Shown: positions 8,733 to 20,426, numbered from the stretch's first letter. The stretch is DNA of 64,000 nucleotides from Leptolyngbyaceae cyanobacterium (GCA_965263355.1 CBDHHL010000032.1:2336001-2400000); one strand, 5' to 3'. Notes: generated from the letters alone by a model not told the origin. Made by a program: numbers and translations.

Positions 8733-11700
8733 ATGCCCATTCCAGAGTTCATCATTGAAAAAGTCGTTGATGCTGTTCTAGAAGGCTCAGGCCTCAAGGA
8801 AAAAATAGGACGCAATGAACGTATTATCCGGCTGCTACAACACTTTGGTCTGGACGACATCCAGTCATTAACAAAATTTGAGGATGTCTATGCCTACGCC
8901 ATAGTGCAATATGCCTTTGACGAAATAGGGCAGTGCAAGCCCAGACCGCTGATCGAATTTTTTAAGCTCAAAGAAGTTCGCGACGTTTTTCAAAGTGCCT
9001 ACAGTCAAAATGATCCGGAAGTGTGGTTAAAAAAAGGAGAAGAGATTGCCCAATTTAAGCTGGGTAATAAGCTGCCAGCCTTGGACCCCAAGCGAGAACT
9101 GGCTACATTTGCTGGGGTATTTGTGGAACTGGTTAAAGAGACTCGCTCCGTTAAGGAAATTCGAGCAGAACAGAAGCAGCAAGCACGGTTTGAAAAATTA
9201 CAACGGCAGCTGCAAACAATTCAAACCCAGATGCAGCAGTTACCAAGCCTGGAGGCCATTAATCAAAAGGTCAATCAGATTGCAGGCAATGAAACCCTAT
9301 TGTTACCACCAGCGGCGCAGACCAGTAATGCCGCTAGTCTGGCCCGTGAGCTAGGGGACTGGTTTGATGTATTAGAGTATGACCGAGATCCAGATTACGA
9401 AGTCTGGAATACGAATTATTTTGAATGGATTATCAACTTTCCTCTGAGCCGTCGAAAGGTGTCTCGCACATTGGTGCGGGGTATGGCAGGGGAAGTGGGA
9501 ATGGATGATCTAAAGGGATTTCAAAAACAAATTGAAGCAACCGGCGCAAATGAAGGTTGGATCGTGAGCCATCGACGGGTGAGTAAAGCAGCCCGCACCG
9601 CCGTAAATCAAGAGGAAATCTATGGAGATATTAGCTGCTACACCTTTGACGAACTCCTAGACGAAGATGCCGACTTTAGTAAATATTTAGAATGGCTGGA
9701 AGCAGATATTAAAAAGAGAACTGTAGATACAGACTACATCCCACTAGCCTGTCGCAAGGATGAACTTGACCCAGTTAACCAACAGAAAATTGGCGAGAGT
9801 GTCTATAGCGAAGACGATGGTTGGATCGATGGCTATGTAGACCAGTGGTTAGACGACCCGGCCAAAGAGCATCTGTCGATTTTAGGCGAGTTTGGTACCG
9901 GTAAAACCTGGTTTGCGCTGCACTATGCCTGGGTAGCGCTACAGCGATATCAGGATGCAAAAAAACGGGGGGTGGATCGACCACGGGTGCCTATTGTGGT
10001 ACCGCTGCGGGACTATGCTAAAGCGGTAACGGTAGAATCTCTCTTTTCAGAGTTCTTTTTTCGTAAGCATGAAATTCTGAAAAACTATTCTGTCTTTGAG
10101 CAGCTTAACCGCATGGGGAAACTGTTGCTAATCTTTGATGGCTTTGATGAGATGGCTGCCAAAGTTGACCTGCAGGCCATGGTGGATAACTTTTGGGAAT
10201 TAGCTAAAGTAGTAGTACCAGGGGCAAAGGCAATTTTGACCTGCCGCACGGAACATTTCCCTGATGCCATTAAGGGACGGCAGTTATTAAATGCAGAGCT
10301 GTTAGCCTCCACCGCTAGTCGGGCGGGGGAACCCCCTCAGTTTGAGGTGTTAGAGCTAGAAAAGTTTAGTGATCAACAGATTGCCCAACTTTTAGAACGT
10401 CAAGCCCAAGAGGCAACGGTTGAAAAAGTGCTTGGCAATCCGCAATTGCTGGATCTGGCGCGGCGTCCGGTGATGGTGGAGTTAATTTTAGAAGCGTTGC
10501 CGGATATTGAAGCGGGTAAACCCATTGATATGTCGCGGGTATATCTCTATGCGGTAACCCACAAGATGGAGAAGGATATTACCAGCAAGCGCACCTTTAC
10601 CTCGTTGGCAGACAAGCTATATTTCCTCTGTGAGCTGTCCTGGGAAATGTTATCTACGGACCAGATGAGCCTTAACTATCGGGCCTTTCCAGAACGATTG
10701 GAACAGATGTTTGGTGACCGGGTGCAGGAAGAGCGAGAGCTAGACCACTGGCGCTATGACATGATGGGGCAAACCATGCTGATTCGCAATTCAGAAGGGG
10801 ACTATAGCCCAGCTCATCGGTCGCTGTTGGAGTTTTTTGTCGCCTACAAGATTGTTGCTTCTTTGGGGGTGTTGGCAGAAGACTTTACAGCGGTGGCGCG
10901 ACAGCAGTCTAATCTGCGTACAGAGTCTCCCCAGGTTTATGGCTGGGACGCTTACTTTAAACGCAGATGCGATGGCGAGGGCCACCCTGAGGCGATCGCG
11001 CCCCTGGCTAAGTTTGCCAGCTTATCAATGGATCAATTGTTGCCGCTGTTGAGTCAGGCAAAGCTGGCTAAGGCGGTGTTAGATTTGGCCCATCCCATGG
11101 TGGATGATGGCATTATGCGGGAGAGGCTATTACCGCTGCTGTGGGCCACTCGGGAGAAGTCTCTTAAAGAGATTGGTTATTTGGGGGGCAATGTGACCCA
11201 GCTGATGTTGGCGAAAACGCCTCATGGGCTTTCAAATAGTGATTTGAGTCGGGTAAAACTGCGGGGGGTGGACTTTGTTAAAACCTATCTCCATCGGATT
11301 AATTTTCAAGGGGCGCACCTGACAGAAGCTATCTTTTCTAAGGTGCTGGGTAACGTCAACTCGGTGGCCTTTAGCCCCGATGGCAAGCGACTGGCCATTG
11401 GTGATGGCAAAGGCTCTGTGCAGGTTTGGGATGTGGCCACCGGTCAGGTGGTGCTGATGTGTACCGGTCACTCAGGAGGGGTTAGGTCTGTGGCCTTTAG
11501 CCCGGATGGCGAGCGGTTGGCCTCGGGCAGTGATGACAAGACGGTGAAGCTGTGGTCGAGTGAGCGTGGCGAGTGTGTGGCCACCCTGGCGGGGCATGAA
11601 GATACGGTTAGGTCGGTGGCCTTTAGCCCGGATGGCGAGCGGTTGGCCTCGGGCAGTGATGACAAGACGGTGAAGCTGTGGTCGAGTGAGCGTGGCGAGT

Positions 11701-12822
11701 GTGTGGCCACCCTGGCGGGGCATGAAGATTGGGTTAGGTCGGTGGCCTTTAGCCCGGATGGCGAGCGGTTGGCCTCGGGCAGTGATGACAAGACGGTGAA
11801 GCTGTGGTCGAGTGAGCGTGGCGAGTGTGTGGCCACCCTGGCGGGGCATGAAGATGTGTGGCCACCCTGGCGGGGCATAGGTTTTCTCGGTGGCCTTTAG
11901 CCCGGATGGCGAGCGGTTGGCCTCGGGCAGTGATGACAAGACGGTGAAGCTGTGGTCGAGTGAGCGTGGCGAGTGTGTGGCCACCCTGGCGGGGCATGAA
12001 AATTGGGTTAGGTCTGTGGCCTTTAGCCCGGATGGCGAGCGGTTGGCCTCGGGCAGTTATGACCAGACGGTGAAGCTGTGGTCGAGTGAAAGTGGCGAGT
12101 GTGTGGCCACCCTGGCGGGGCATGAAAATGGGGTTAGGTCTGTGGCCTTTAGCCCGGATGGCGAGCGGTTGGCCTCGGGCAGTTCTGACCAGACGGTGAA
12201 GCTGTGGTCGAGTGGAGACTGTGTGGTGGCGAGGGTTTGGTGTGGCCTTTAGCCCGGATGGCGGTTGGCCTCGGGCATGACCAGACGGTGAAGCTGTGGT
12301 CGAGTAAAAGTGGAGACTGTGTGGCCACCCTGGCGGGGCATGAAGATTGGGTTAGGTCGGTGGCCTTTAGCCCGGATGGCGAGCGGTTGGCCTCGGGCAG
12401 TTCTGACCAGACGGTGAAGCTGTGGTCGAGTGAGCGTGGCGAGTGTGTGGCCACCCTGGCGGGGCATGAAGATTGGGTTAGGTCGGTGGCCTTTAGCCCG
12501 GATGGCGAGCGGTTGGCCTCGGGCAGTTCTGACAAGACGGTGAAGCTGTGGTCGAGTGAGCGTGGCGACTGTGTGGCCACCCTGGCGGGGCATGAAAATA
12601 CGGTTGTCGGTTTTGTCTGTGGCCTTTAGCCCCGATGGCACCCGCCTGGCCTCGGGCAGTGCTGACAATACGATTCGTATCTGGGATGTTGCCACGGGGG
12701 AATGTTTACATGTAATTGATGAGCGTGTGTGCGGCGGGATGGATATTACGGGTGTAGAGGGCTTGAATGTAGGTCAACGCGCTACTCTGATACTAATGGG
12801 GGCGATTGATAACAACGGGTAA
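8733..12822 (+). CDS. NLR-like protein: Mrr-like domain, NACHT NTPase, pentapeptide repeats, WD40 repeats (frameshifted within the repeats)
   Basis: Walker A GEFGTGKT, Walker [23 protein letters not shown]40 array continues across ORFs 11890, 12204 and 12556 to the C-terminus [22 protein letters not shown]. Confidence 0.85.
11364..12690 (+). repeat. Tandem array of about 11 WD40-coding units, 126-bp period, near-identical DNA
   Basis: gtggcctttagccc anchor at 11364, 11490, 11616, 11742, 11890, 12016, 12142, 12242, 12360, 12486 and 12619. Confidence 0.95.
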
Positions 12823-13227
12823 CCCACCCCGCAGACTCCCCCAGGAGCAGGGGCGTTTTAGGTTTAGGGGGCGTTCAAAAATAACATGCCTCTAGCGGCA
12901 TGGGATATTTACTTTGGCTCTTTTTCCATAGCAAACAGTCATGCATGATCGATACCATGGGTGAGCAGCTATGCTCATCAGGCGATGGACCTGGGACCTG
13001 CGCTGGATTTCAATCCGGCGTGGGTGAATGCATCATGCCAGTCTATCCAAGTATGAGCAGTGTACCGTTATGCTCAGAGAGGACATAACGGCTAACACGA
13101 AAACGGTATGAATTGTAATGGAACTGAGTGATTCAGAATGAACATCCCACCTTCAACCCATTTGAGAATCGCTATAGTAAACCCTTCGCTAAAATGGTGA
13201 ATACTCAATCAGCCTAAGATTTTGGCA

Positions 13228-14001
13228 ATGCCTGCATCATCTCCCTTTCCTGGGATGAACCCCTATCTAGAGTCTCCAGCCCTGTGGTCGGAGGTTCACT
13301 CCTGGTTAATTGTGGAACTGGCCCGCATGCTAAATCCACGGATTACGCCCAAGTATCGAGCCGCTGTAGAAAAACGGGTATACGAGGAAACGATTTTAAT
13401 TGGCATACCCGATGTATCTATCGTGCAGCAACGGCCAAACGAAACTAAGCTTACCCAAGCATCAACAGCAACATTGAGCCAGCCTGTTTTGGTGGAACTA
13501 CCGGAATGGGAGGCGACCGTTGAACGTTATTTAGAGATTCGTGATGTGACGACCGGAGCGGTAGTTACGGTGATAGAAGTGTTGTCACCCAAAAATAAGC
13601 GGTCTGGAGAGGGGCGTAATCAGTATTTGACTAAGCGGACCAAGGTGCTCAATAGTCAGAGTCATTTGATTGAGATAGATTTGTTGCGGGGTGGAGAACC
13701 GCTGCCAGTGAATCATGATCAAGTGTCGGATTATCGGGTTTTGGTAAGTCGGGTGGACCAGCGCCCGCTTGCCCAGCTTTACCCGTTTAATTTGAGAGAT
13801 TCGTTACCGTGTTTTGCAGTGCCATTACGGATTGGGGATGAGGAACCGGTAATTGATCTTAATGAGTTGATGCAAATTGTTTACGAGTCGGCTGCATTGG
13901 ATTTAACAATTGATTATGGACAACAGCCGATACCGCCACTGAATGAGACAGCGTATGGGTGGGTGAAAAGTTTAAAGTTAGGAGACTTACCAAGAACTTA
14001 G
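13228..14001 (+). CDS. DUF4058 family protein (PD-(D/E)xK-like)
   Basis: MP.SPFPGMNPYLE, IEVLSPKNK, HLIEIDLLRGG. Confidence 0.88.
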   Translation: MPASSPFPGMNPYLESPALWSEVHSWLIVELARMLNPRITPKYRAAVEKRVYEETILIGIPDVSIVQQRPNETKLTQASTATLSQPVLVELPEWEATVERYLEIRDVTTGAVVTVIEVLSPKNKRSGEGRNQYLTKRTKVLNSQSHLIEIDLLRGGEPLPVNHDQVSDYRVLVSRVDQRPLAQLYPFNLRDSLPCFAVPLRIGDEEPVIDLNELMQIVYESAALDLTIDYGQQPIPPLNETAYGWVKSLKLGDLPRT

Positions 14002-14447
14002 CGAGGATGCGTTAACCTGCCTTGAACTCAAAGTCGCAAGGCTAATTGGAGCAAAACCCACTAAAGGGGTTAAGATGTCGGCAAAAGATATACATATAAG
14101 GCTTTACAGTCAATTTTGTCGCTACCCTGCGAGAAGTCTTACGCCTATAGCGACAGCACTCAATTAGCGTTGAGTTTTGAACCTAACGTGGGTTTAAGCC
14201 TTCCAACTAACTTGGAGCAAGATTTCAGTTAACGAAACAACCGGTTAAATAGTTTAACTATCTAACCGGCTGGCTCCCTGCCAAGGACTTAACTTAAATT
14301 GTCGGTAAATACCTTCTTAGAAGTAAAGGTGTAATCCCTTCCTACCCTTAGCTTATCAAAATACGAGATAACTTTTCCCCTCCTGGGAGGGGCGTAGGGG
14401 TGGGTTTGCTAGAGAACGACAAATTTATTAACGTTTCGATTCGAGCC

Positions 14448-16187
14448 CTAATAATAGTTACCAATCTTACGATGATGCACAGCCGTTATCGACTCATCCT
14501 TAGAAACCTTACCCTCTTCAACCGTAGAGTACACCAGCCAGTGATCGCTCAGTTCCATCCGGGTAGTCACCGTGCATTCAAGATAGGCCAGCGCATCCGC
14601 CAGAATCGGAGACTTGTTATTAGCAGGGCGAGTACGAATCCCCGCAAATCGATCCGCACCGGGGGGAAACCGCTTAAGAAAGTGCTTCATCAAAGGCGCG
14701 TAATTACCCTCTTCGAGAATATTTAGCACAAAGGTATCGCCCACCTGCATAAGAGACTCAATCGCGCGGTCCTTAGCCACCGCGATAGTAAAGCCCAGGG
14801 GCTTAAAGCTAGCCTGAGAAATCCAGGACGCTAACATCGCACTGGTCACTTCACCTTTGGCCGCAGTAATAATATACAAGCCACTGCTGATCCGGCCTAG
14901 GGCCTTCTCCAAATCAACATTGAGAGACTTAATCTTCTTAATTTTCTTAGCCTTGGCCAGGTCCTGTCCCAGGTCAGTGCCGGTCTCATCACAGAGCTGA
15001 TAAAGGGCCTCAGACGGCGTATCTTTTACCCGAATGGGGGCAAACGCCACCTTTAGATCCAAATCTTGCAGCTTACTTTGCAGCGTATCAATGGGTTCGT
15101 CATCACCACCGTAGGACTCAAACAGACCAAAGGTCTGCTTGTCAGTGACAGCAGCCAAAATGGAACTAAGTGCAGTTTGAACCTCCTCTGCCCCCTGACC
15201 CGAAGACGGTGGCATCCCCATCAAAATGCCTTTAGCCCGACCAACGAGTTCAGTGACATCGTGGGGATCGGCCAGACGCATGTCCATCATTTCCACAGCG
15301 ACGCCGGTTTTGGTAATGCCTTTGGCGAGGGCTTGGGAGATGCGATCGCAATACCCATAGTCCGACACATAGAACACCGCCACCATATTCTCGGCCTTGC
15401 TTTTCTCATTACTCCAGCGCCGATAGCGACCGGTCAGCTCTTCCAAATTGTGTCGAATCAAAGGCCCATGGCCCACAGCGATAGTATTAATCTCCCCCAG
15501 ATTATCCATCCGCTTCATCGCAGAAATCACCGAGCGAGCATTGGGAGCCATCAAACACTCATAATAAAAACGAAAGTCAGGAGACAGGGCCTCCAGGTCT
15601 TCGTCAAAAGTATCATCGCTACAGTAGTGAGCACCAAAAGCATCGCAGGTGTAGAGAATGCCAGTCTTTTGGTCGTAGGAAAAGATAGTATCAGGCCAGT
15701 GAAGATTCGGCGCACTGACAAACTCCAGCACATGGCCATTACCCAGGTCCAGGGTGTCACCATTTTTCACCAACTCAGACTTAAAGGGCTGATGCACCAG
15801 GTCTTCCAAAAACTTGACCGCTACCTTGGCACCCACAACCACAGCCTGGGGAGCCAGGTCCAACACATCTTTAACCAGACCGCTATGGTCCGGCTCGGTG
15901 TGACTAATCACGATATAGTCAATTTCCTTAGGGTCAATCAGACCCGTCAGCGCATCCATATAGAGCTGCTGAAATTTAGCATGGGATGTGTCGATTAGCG
16001 CCGTCTTTTCCCCACGCACCAGATAGGAATTGTATGTGGTGCCGTTCTGCAAGCCAAACTCAATATCAAACCGGTCCCGGTCCCAGTCCAGGGAACGAAT
16101 CACAGTAGTATTTTCCGCCAGGTCACCAACAGTCAGGGTGAGGCGCTTTTCAGCTGAGTTAGCAAGGTTTGGAGCAGCTACAACCAT
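14448..16187 (-). CDS. flv3: Flavodiiron protein (class C, Flv3 type)
   Basis: RSLDWDRDRFDIEFGLQNGTTYNS, intact SHTEPDH diiron motif, flavodoxin and flavin-reductase domains ending HHRKIGNYY. Confidence 0.88.
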   Translation of the reverse strand: MVVAAPNLANSAEKRLTLTVGDLAENTTVIRSLDWDRDRFDIEFGLQNGTTYNSYLVRGEKTALIDTSHAKFQQLYMDALTGLIDPKEIDYIVISHTEPDHSGLVKDVLDLAPQAVVVGAKVAVKFLEDLVHQPFKSELVKNGDTLDLGNGHVLEFVSAPNLHWPDTIFSYDQKTGILYTCDAFGAHYCSDDTFDEDLEALSPDFRFYYECLMAPNARSVISAMKRMDNLGEINTIAVGHGPLIRHNLEELTGRYRRWSNEKSKAENMVAVFYVSDYGYCDRISQALAKGITKTGVAVEMMDMRLADPHDVTELVGRAKGILMGMPPSSGQGAEEVQTALSSILAAVTDKQTFGLFESYGGDDEPIDTLQSKLQDLDLKVAFAPIRVKDTPSEALYQLCDETGTDLGQDLAKAKKIKKIKSLNVDLEKALGRISSGLYIITAAKGEVTSAMLASWISQASFKPLGFTIAVAKDRAIESLMQVGDTFVLNILEEGNYAPLMKHFLKRFPPGADRFAGIRTRPANNKSPILADALAYLECTVTTRMELSDHWLVYSTVEEGKVSKDESITAVHHRKIGNYY

Positions 16188-16569
16188 GGGTTTTCTCTAT
16201 GGGAATATCCTAGAGGGCGACTTTAACAACATATATGTTGCTTTAGTCTCTATTGTGTATCAAAACATTAACCTTAGCCAATAAAAAAATGAGCTTGTCC
16301 CCCAATAAGCAATAAACCTTGATTCCTAGTTGAGATCGCACTCTTTCAAACACAATGTCTCTTAATCAACTAAACCTATGCTGCTCTTAGCAGCCTGGTA
16401 GGCAGTGTGTGAATCAGCCAAAATCAAACTTAGATATGGATGACCTTGCACCAGCTTATATTGCAGTTATTGAATTTAGCCAACCCTCAGCCTGGGTTGT
16501 AGAAAAAGTAGCGTTTTAGTCATCTCTCCACAAATCGTCTGAAAAGTCTGTTCTGGTTAGCAACAACTT

Positions 16570-16597
16570 GCCCGTTGCATTGCGCAATGCAACGGGC
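16570..16597. repeat. Perfect 28-bp palindrome
   Basis: gcccgttgcattgc|gcaatgcaacgggc. Confidence 0.8.
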
Positions 16598-16687
16598 TTT
16601 TCCAGAGTGCGTTGCTCTATAAGTTTTACTTTTATGGTTCATAAAAAACCATAAGTGCTACTTACTTGCAGCCGTACAAAACTCAGC

Positions 16688-16734
16688 ATAGACTTTAGTT
16701 AATGCTAAATCAGAAAAGATAGATTTTAGTCTAT
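16688..16734 (+). promoter_or_regulatory. NdhR/CcmR (LysR)-type boxes upstream of the bicA operon
   Basis: ATAG-N8-CTAT at 16719-16734 and ATAG-N8-TAAT at 16688-16703. Confidence 0.65.
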
Positions 16735-16884
16735 CTTGGTTCTGTTTCCTTCCAGCTCGTTATCCTGATAGAGTTCTTGGTATCGAATACCCTACCTGTG
16801 TAAGGATTTCAACCAGAGCAATGGGAACGGCGGATGGACTGTAAAGCACGTTGATATTGGATGTGGCGCTGCTAGGTGGTTCGT

Positions 16885-18573
16885 ATGCAAATAACCAACC
16901 GGATAAATTTTCGACACTTTCGCGGAGACCTCTTTGGTGGGGTAACCGCTGCTGTTATCGCGTTACCGATGGCCCTTGCTTTCGGTGTTGCCTCTGGTGC
17001 AGGACCCACGTCTGGTCTCTGGGGAGCTGTTTTGGTGGGCTTTTTTGCCGCCTTGTTTGGGGGTACACCAACGCTGATTTCAGAGCCGACAGGTCCCATG
17101 ACCGTGGTGATGACTGCGGTGATTGCTAATTTGACCGCCAGTAACCCTGAAAATGGCATGGCCATGGCCTTCACCGTGGTCATGATGGCGGGGGTTTTTC
17201 AAATTATTTTTGGCTCTCTGAAGCTGGGAAGATACGTCACGATGATGCCTTACACCGTGATTTCAGGCTTTATGTCTGGGATTGGTATCATCCTAATAAT
17301 TTTGCAGATTGCACCATTTTTGGGACAAGACAGTCCAGGGGGCGGGGTGATTGGCACCCTGGGGGCTCTGCCGAACCTAATGGCCAATGTGCAACCGGCG
17401 GAAACGGCTTTAGCAGCGCTTTCCATTGGCATTATTTGGTTTATGCCCTCCAAGTTTAAGCGCATTGTGCCTCCCCAGCTGGTGGCGCTAATTGTTGGTA
17501 CCATCCTATCTTTGGTGCTGTTCCCTGATATTGAGATTCGCCGCATTGATGAGATTACAGCTGGATTGCCAACGTTGCAGCTACCTACATTCAGTGCCGA
17601 TCAGCTACAGCTGATGTTTGTGGATGCAGCAGTTTTAGGAATGTTGGGCTGTATTGATGCCCTGTTAACCTCAGTGGTGGCCGACAGTCTGACTAGGACT
17701 GAACACAACTCCAACAAGGAGCTGATTGGTCAGGGTATTGGTAACCTGGTTTCTGGTTTATTCGGTGGTATTGCCGGTGCAGGTGCCACCATGGGTACGG
17801 TAGTCAACATTCAAACTGGTGGCCGTACGGCCCTGTCTGGTTTAATTCGTGCTGGTGTTTTGTTGGTGGTGATCTTAGGGGCGGCTAATTTGGCGGCTAC
17901 CATTCCCCTGGCGGTGCTGGCAGGTATTGCCCTCAAAGTGGGTATCGACATTATCGATTGGGACTTCCTAAAACGGGCTCACCATATCTCTCGCAAAGCT
18001 GCCCTGATTATGTATGGGGTAATTATCCTGACGGTACTGGTAGACCTGATTACGGCAGTGGGTATCGGGGTGTTTGTGGCCAATATTCTGACCATCGACA
18101 AGATGAGTGCACTGCAGTCAGAGTCGGTTAAAACCATTACCGATGCGGATGATGCCATTCGCCTGAATCCAGAAGAAAAGCGCTGGTTAAATGAGGCCAA
18201 TGGTCGCGTTCTATTGTTCCAGCTTAGCGGGCCGATGATCTTCGGTGTGGCTAAGGCCATTAACCGTGAACACAATGCCATTCGCGACTGTGATACGATT
18301 ATTTTTGACCTGGGCGATGTGCCCCACTTGGGGGTAACGGCTTCGCTAGCGTTGGAAAATGCCATGCAAGAAGCCCTGGATGAGGGTCGTCAGGTATATG
18401 TGGTGGGAGCGGCTGGTCAAACCCATCGACGGCTGAGCAAACTAAAAGTCTTTAGTCAGTTGCCTGCAAACCACCTCTATATGGATCGCACGGAAGCGTT
18501 ACGGAATGTTGTTGCTCAGATACCGTCTGGCGGTGTAGCAATACCTCAAACCCCTCCTCATGTGATGGTTTAG
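16885..18573 (+). CDS. bicA: Na+-dependent bicarbonate transporter BicA (SulP + STAS)
   Basis: MQITNRINFRHFRGDLFGGVTAAVIALPMALAFG; EPTGPMTV; STAS domain; context with nhaS3 and mrp. Confidence 0.92.
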   Translation: MQITNRINFRHFRGDLFGGVTAAVIALPMALAFGVASGAGPTSGLWGAVLVGFFAALFGGTPTLISEPTGPMTVVMTAVIANLTASNPENGMAMAFTVVMMAGVFQIIFGSLKLGRYVTMMPYTVISGFMSGIGIILIILQIAPFLGQDSPGGGVIGTLGALPNLMANVQPAETALAALSIGIIWFMPSKFKRIVPPQLVALIVGTILSLVLFPDIEIRRIDEITAGLPTLQLPTFSADQLQLMFVDAAVLGMLGCIDALLTSVVADSLTRTEHNSNKELIGQGIGNLVSGLFGGIAGAGATMGTVVNIQTGGRTALSGLIRAGVLLVVILGAANLAATIPLAVLAGIALKVGIDIIDWDFLKRAHHISRKAALIMYGVIILTVLVDLITAVGIGVFVANILTIDKMSALQSESVKTITDADDAIRLNPEEKRWLNEANGRVLLFQLSGPMIFGVAKAINREHNAIRDCDTIIFDLGDVPHLGVTASLALENAMQEALDEGRQVYVVGAAGQTHRRLSKLKVFSQLPANHLYMDRTEALRNVVAQIPSGGVAIPQTPPHVMV

Positions 18574-18579
18574 GTGACA

Positions 18580-18792
18580 ATGGGTACATGGCTAATGATG
18601 CTGGTGGTTGCCCTGTTGCTAATGGTCTGGGGGCGATGGTTGACAATCATTGATGAGATTTACAGCTTGGCGGTTTATACAACGGGTGTTCTCATATTGA
18701 TTTTTGGCTTGATCATGGCTCCCGGTCACATTCCAATTTTGTTGGGCGCATTTGCCCTGGGTTGGCTTCAGCTCAGGTTCTCCCACCCCTGA
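18580..18792 (+). CDS. Small hydrophobic membrane protein
   Basis: About 70-aa hydrophobic ORF abutting the bicA stop. Confidence 0.55.
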   Translation: MGTWLMMLVVALLLMVWGRWLTIIDEIYSLAVYTTGVLILIFGLIMAPGHIPILLGAFALGWLQLRFSHP

Positions 18793-18869
18793 AGGATTCA
18801 ATCTCTCAAGTTTTCATCAAAGTCTTATTGACTACTTTCTAGTGTTTCTCTCTCCGAACTCAAACAAAA

Positions 18870-20282
18870 ATGATGAATTTGCTAACTCACTACTCAATGA
18901 TTTATGGCATTGATGTCTGTGAAATGTTTCCATTTACAGTTGCAAGGGTTCCAGAAGCTGACTACAGTTCCTTTGTTTTGGCCAGTGTACTGTTGACTCT
19001 AGTGGTCATCTATCTGATGAGTAAGCTAGGGGGGGAACTGTCCAAACGTCTGGATCTACCCCCTGTACTGGGGGAACTGGTAGGCGGTGTGCTGGTGGGT
19101 GTCTCGGTTCTTCACCTGTTGGTGTTTCCTGAAACTGGGGCAACTGCTAGTGATTCGGCAATTATGTTAGCGCTGCAGCGGCTAGGCAATCTGGATGCAG
19201 CTGCTGTTGCCCACATTTTTCAAAGCCAGAGTGAGGTAATCTCGGTGCTGGCGGAATTGGGGGTGATTGTGCTGCTCTTTGAGATTGGGCTGGAGTCTGA
19301 TCTAAGGGAGTTGGGCAAGGTGGGCTATCAGGCCGCCATCGTAGCGGTGGTGGGCGTAGCGGCCCCATTTGTTCTTGGTACCGTTGGTCTGGTAATGCTA
19401 TTTCATGCCCCACTGATTCCAGCTATTTTTGCCGGGGCTGCATTGACTGCCACCAGTATTGGAATTACATCTAAGGTATTGTCAGAGCTTGGTTATCTCA
19501 AATCTACCGAGGGCCAGATTATTGTTGGCGCTGCGGTGATGGACGATGTGTTAGGCATTATCATCCTGGCTGTGGTGGCTAGTTTGGCCAAAACGGGTGA
19601 GGTGGATTTGTGGAATGTGGTGTACCTGATTGTTAGTGCCAGTGCGTTTTTGCTAGGGTCGGTGCTACTGGGTAAGTTCTTTAACCAGAGTTTTGAGGCC
19701 CTTGGCAACAAGCTTCAAACTAGGGGTGCGCTGCTGATTCCGGCATTCACATTTGCCCTGGCAATGGCATTTCTGGCCAATGTGATTCACCTGGAGGCAA
19801 TTCTTGGAGCCTTTGCGGCGGGCTTGGTACTGGATGAAACGGACAAGCGTAATGAGCTGGACCAGCAGGTGATGCCCATTTCCGATATTCTGGTGCCGAT
19901 CTTCTTTGTAACGGTGGGGGCTAAGGCAGACCTCAGTGTGTTGAACCCCGCCGTTGCGGAAAACCGGGCCGGGTTGGTGATTGCGCTGTTTTTAATCGCG
20001 ATCGCGATCGCAGGCAAAGTCATCACCGGTTGGGCCGTGTTTGGCAAACCCGGGGTAAATCGACTGGCTATTGGCATTGGCATGGTGCCCCGAGGCGAGG
20101 TTGGCCTCGTGTTTGCCGGCATCGGTTCAGCCAGCGGCGTATTGGATAAGCCCTTAGAGGCAGCCATTATTGTTATGGTGATTCTCACCACGTTCCTGGC
20201 ACCGCCACTGTTGCAATGGGCTTTAAAAGAAAAGTCTATTCCCGAATCGACCGTGCTCTCTACCGTTGAGCAATCTGGGTAA
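18870..20282 (+). CDS. nhaS3: CPA2 Na+/H+ antiporter, NhaS3-like
   Basis: LFEIGLES, ATSIGIT, AAVMDDVLG, GMVPRGEVGL. Confidence 0.85.
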   Translation: MMNLLTHYSMIYGIDVCEMFPFTVARVPEADYSSFVLASVLLTLVVIYLMSKLGGELSKRLDLPPVLGELVGGVLVGVSVLHLLVFPETGATASDSAIMLALQRLGNLDAAAVAHIFQSQSEVISVLAELGVIVLLFEIGLESDLRELGKVGYQAAIVAVVGVAAPFVLGTVGLVMLFHAPLIPAIFAGAALTATSIGITSKVLSELGYLKSTEGQIIVGAAVMDDVLGIIILAVVASLAKTGEVDLWNVVYLIVSASAFLLGSVLLGKFFNQSFEALGNKLQTRGALLIPAFTFALAMAFLANVIHLEAILGAFAAGLVLDETDKRNELDQQVMPISDILVPIFFVTVGAKADLSVLNPAVAENRAGLVIALFLIAIAIAGKVITGWAVFGKPGVNRLAIGIGMVPRGEVGLVFAGIGSASGVLDKPLEAAIIVMVILTTFLAPPLLQWALKEKSIPESTVLSTVEQSG

Positions 20283-20426
20283 GGGTCCCACGAGGTTGGG
20301 AAGATTATTACGATTCTCCTGGATATAAGTCTCGGATTTACTTGGACTATTACAATAATTTTATTGAAATCTAAGTAACATTCGAGACTTTTTCTTCAAA
20401 GCCTGTTGTATCGTTTAACAGCTGTC

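Noticed and set aside
11364..12690. Repeat array as a CRISPR array or DGR template/variable repeat
   Set aside because: Units are contiguous 126-bp coding repeats with no unique spacers; no cas or reverse transcriptase gene in the window
12900..13100. 62-aa ORF / possible transposase remnant
   Set aside because: No convincing motif in the frames examined
15066..15998. 310-aa ORF antisense to flv3, and similar shadow ORFs opposite bicA, glmU, ppk2 and the WD40 tract
   Set aside because: Fully overlap well-supported genes on the other strand and show no recognisable motifs
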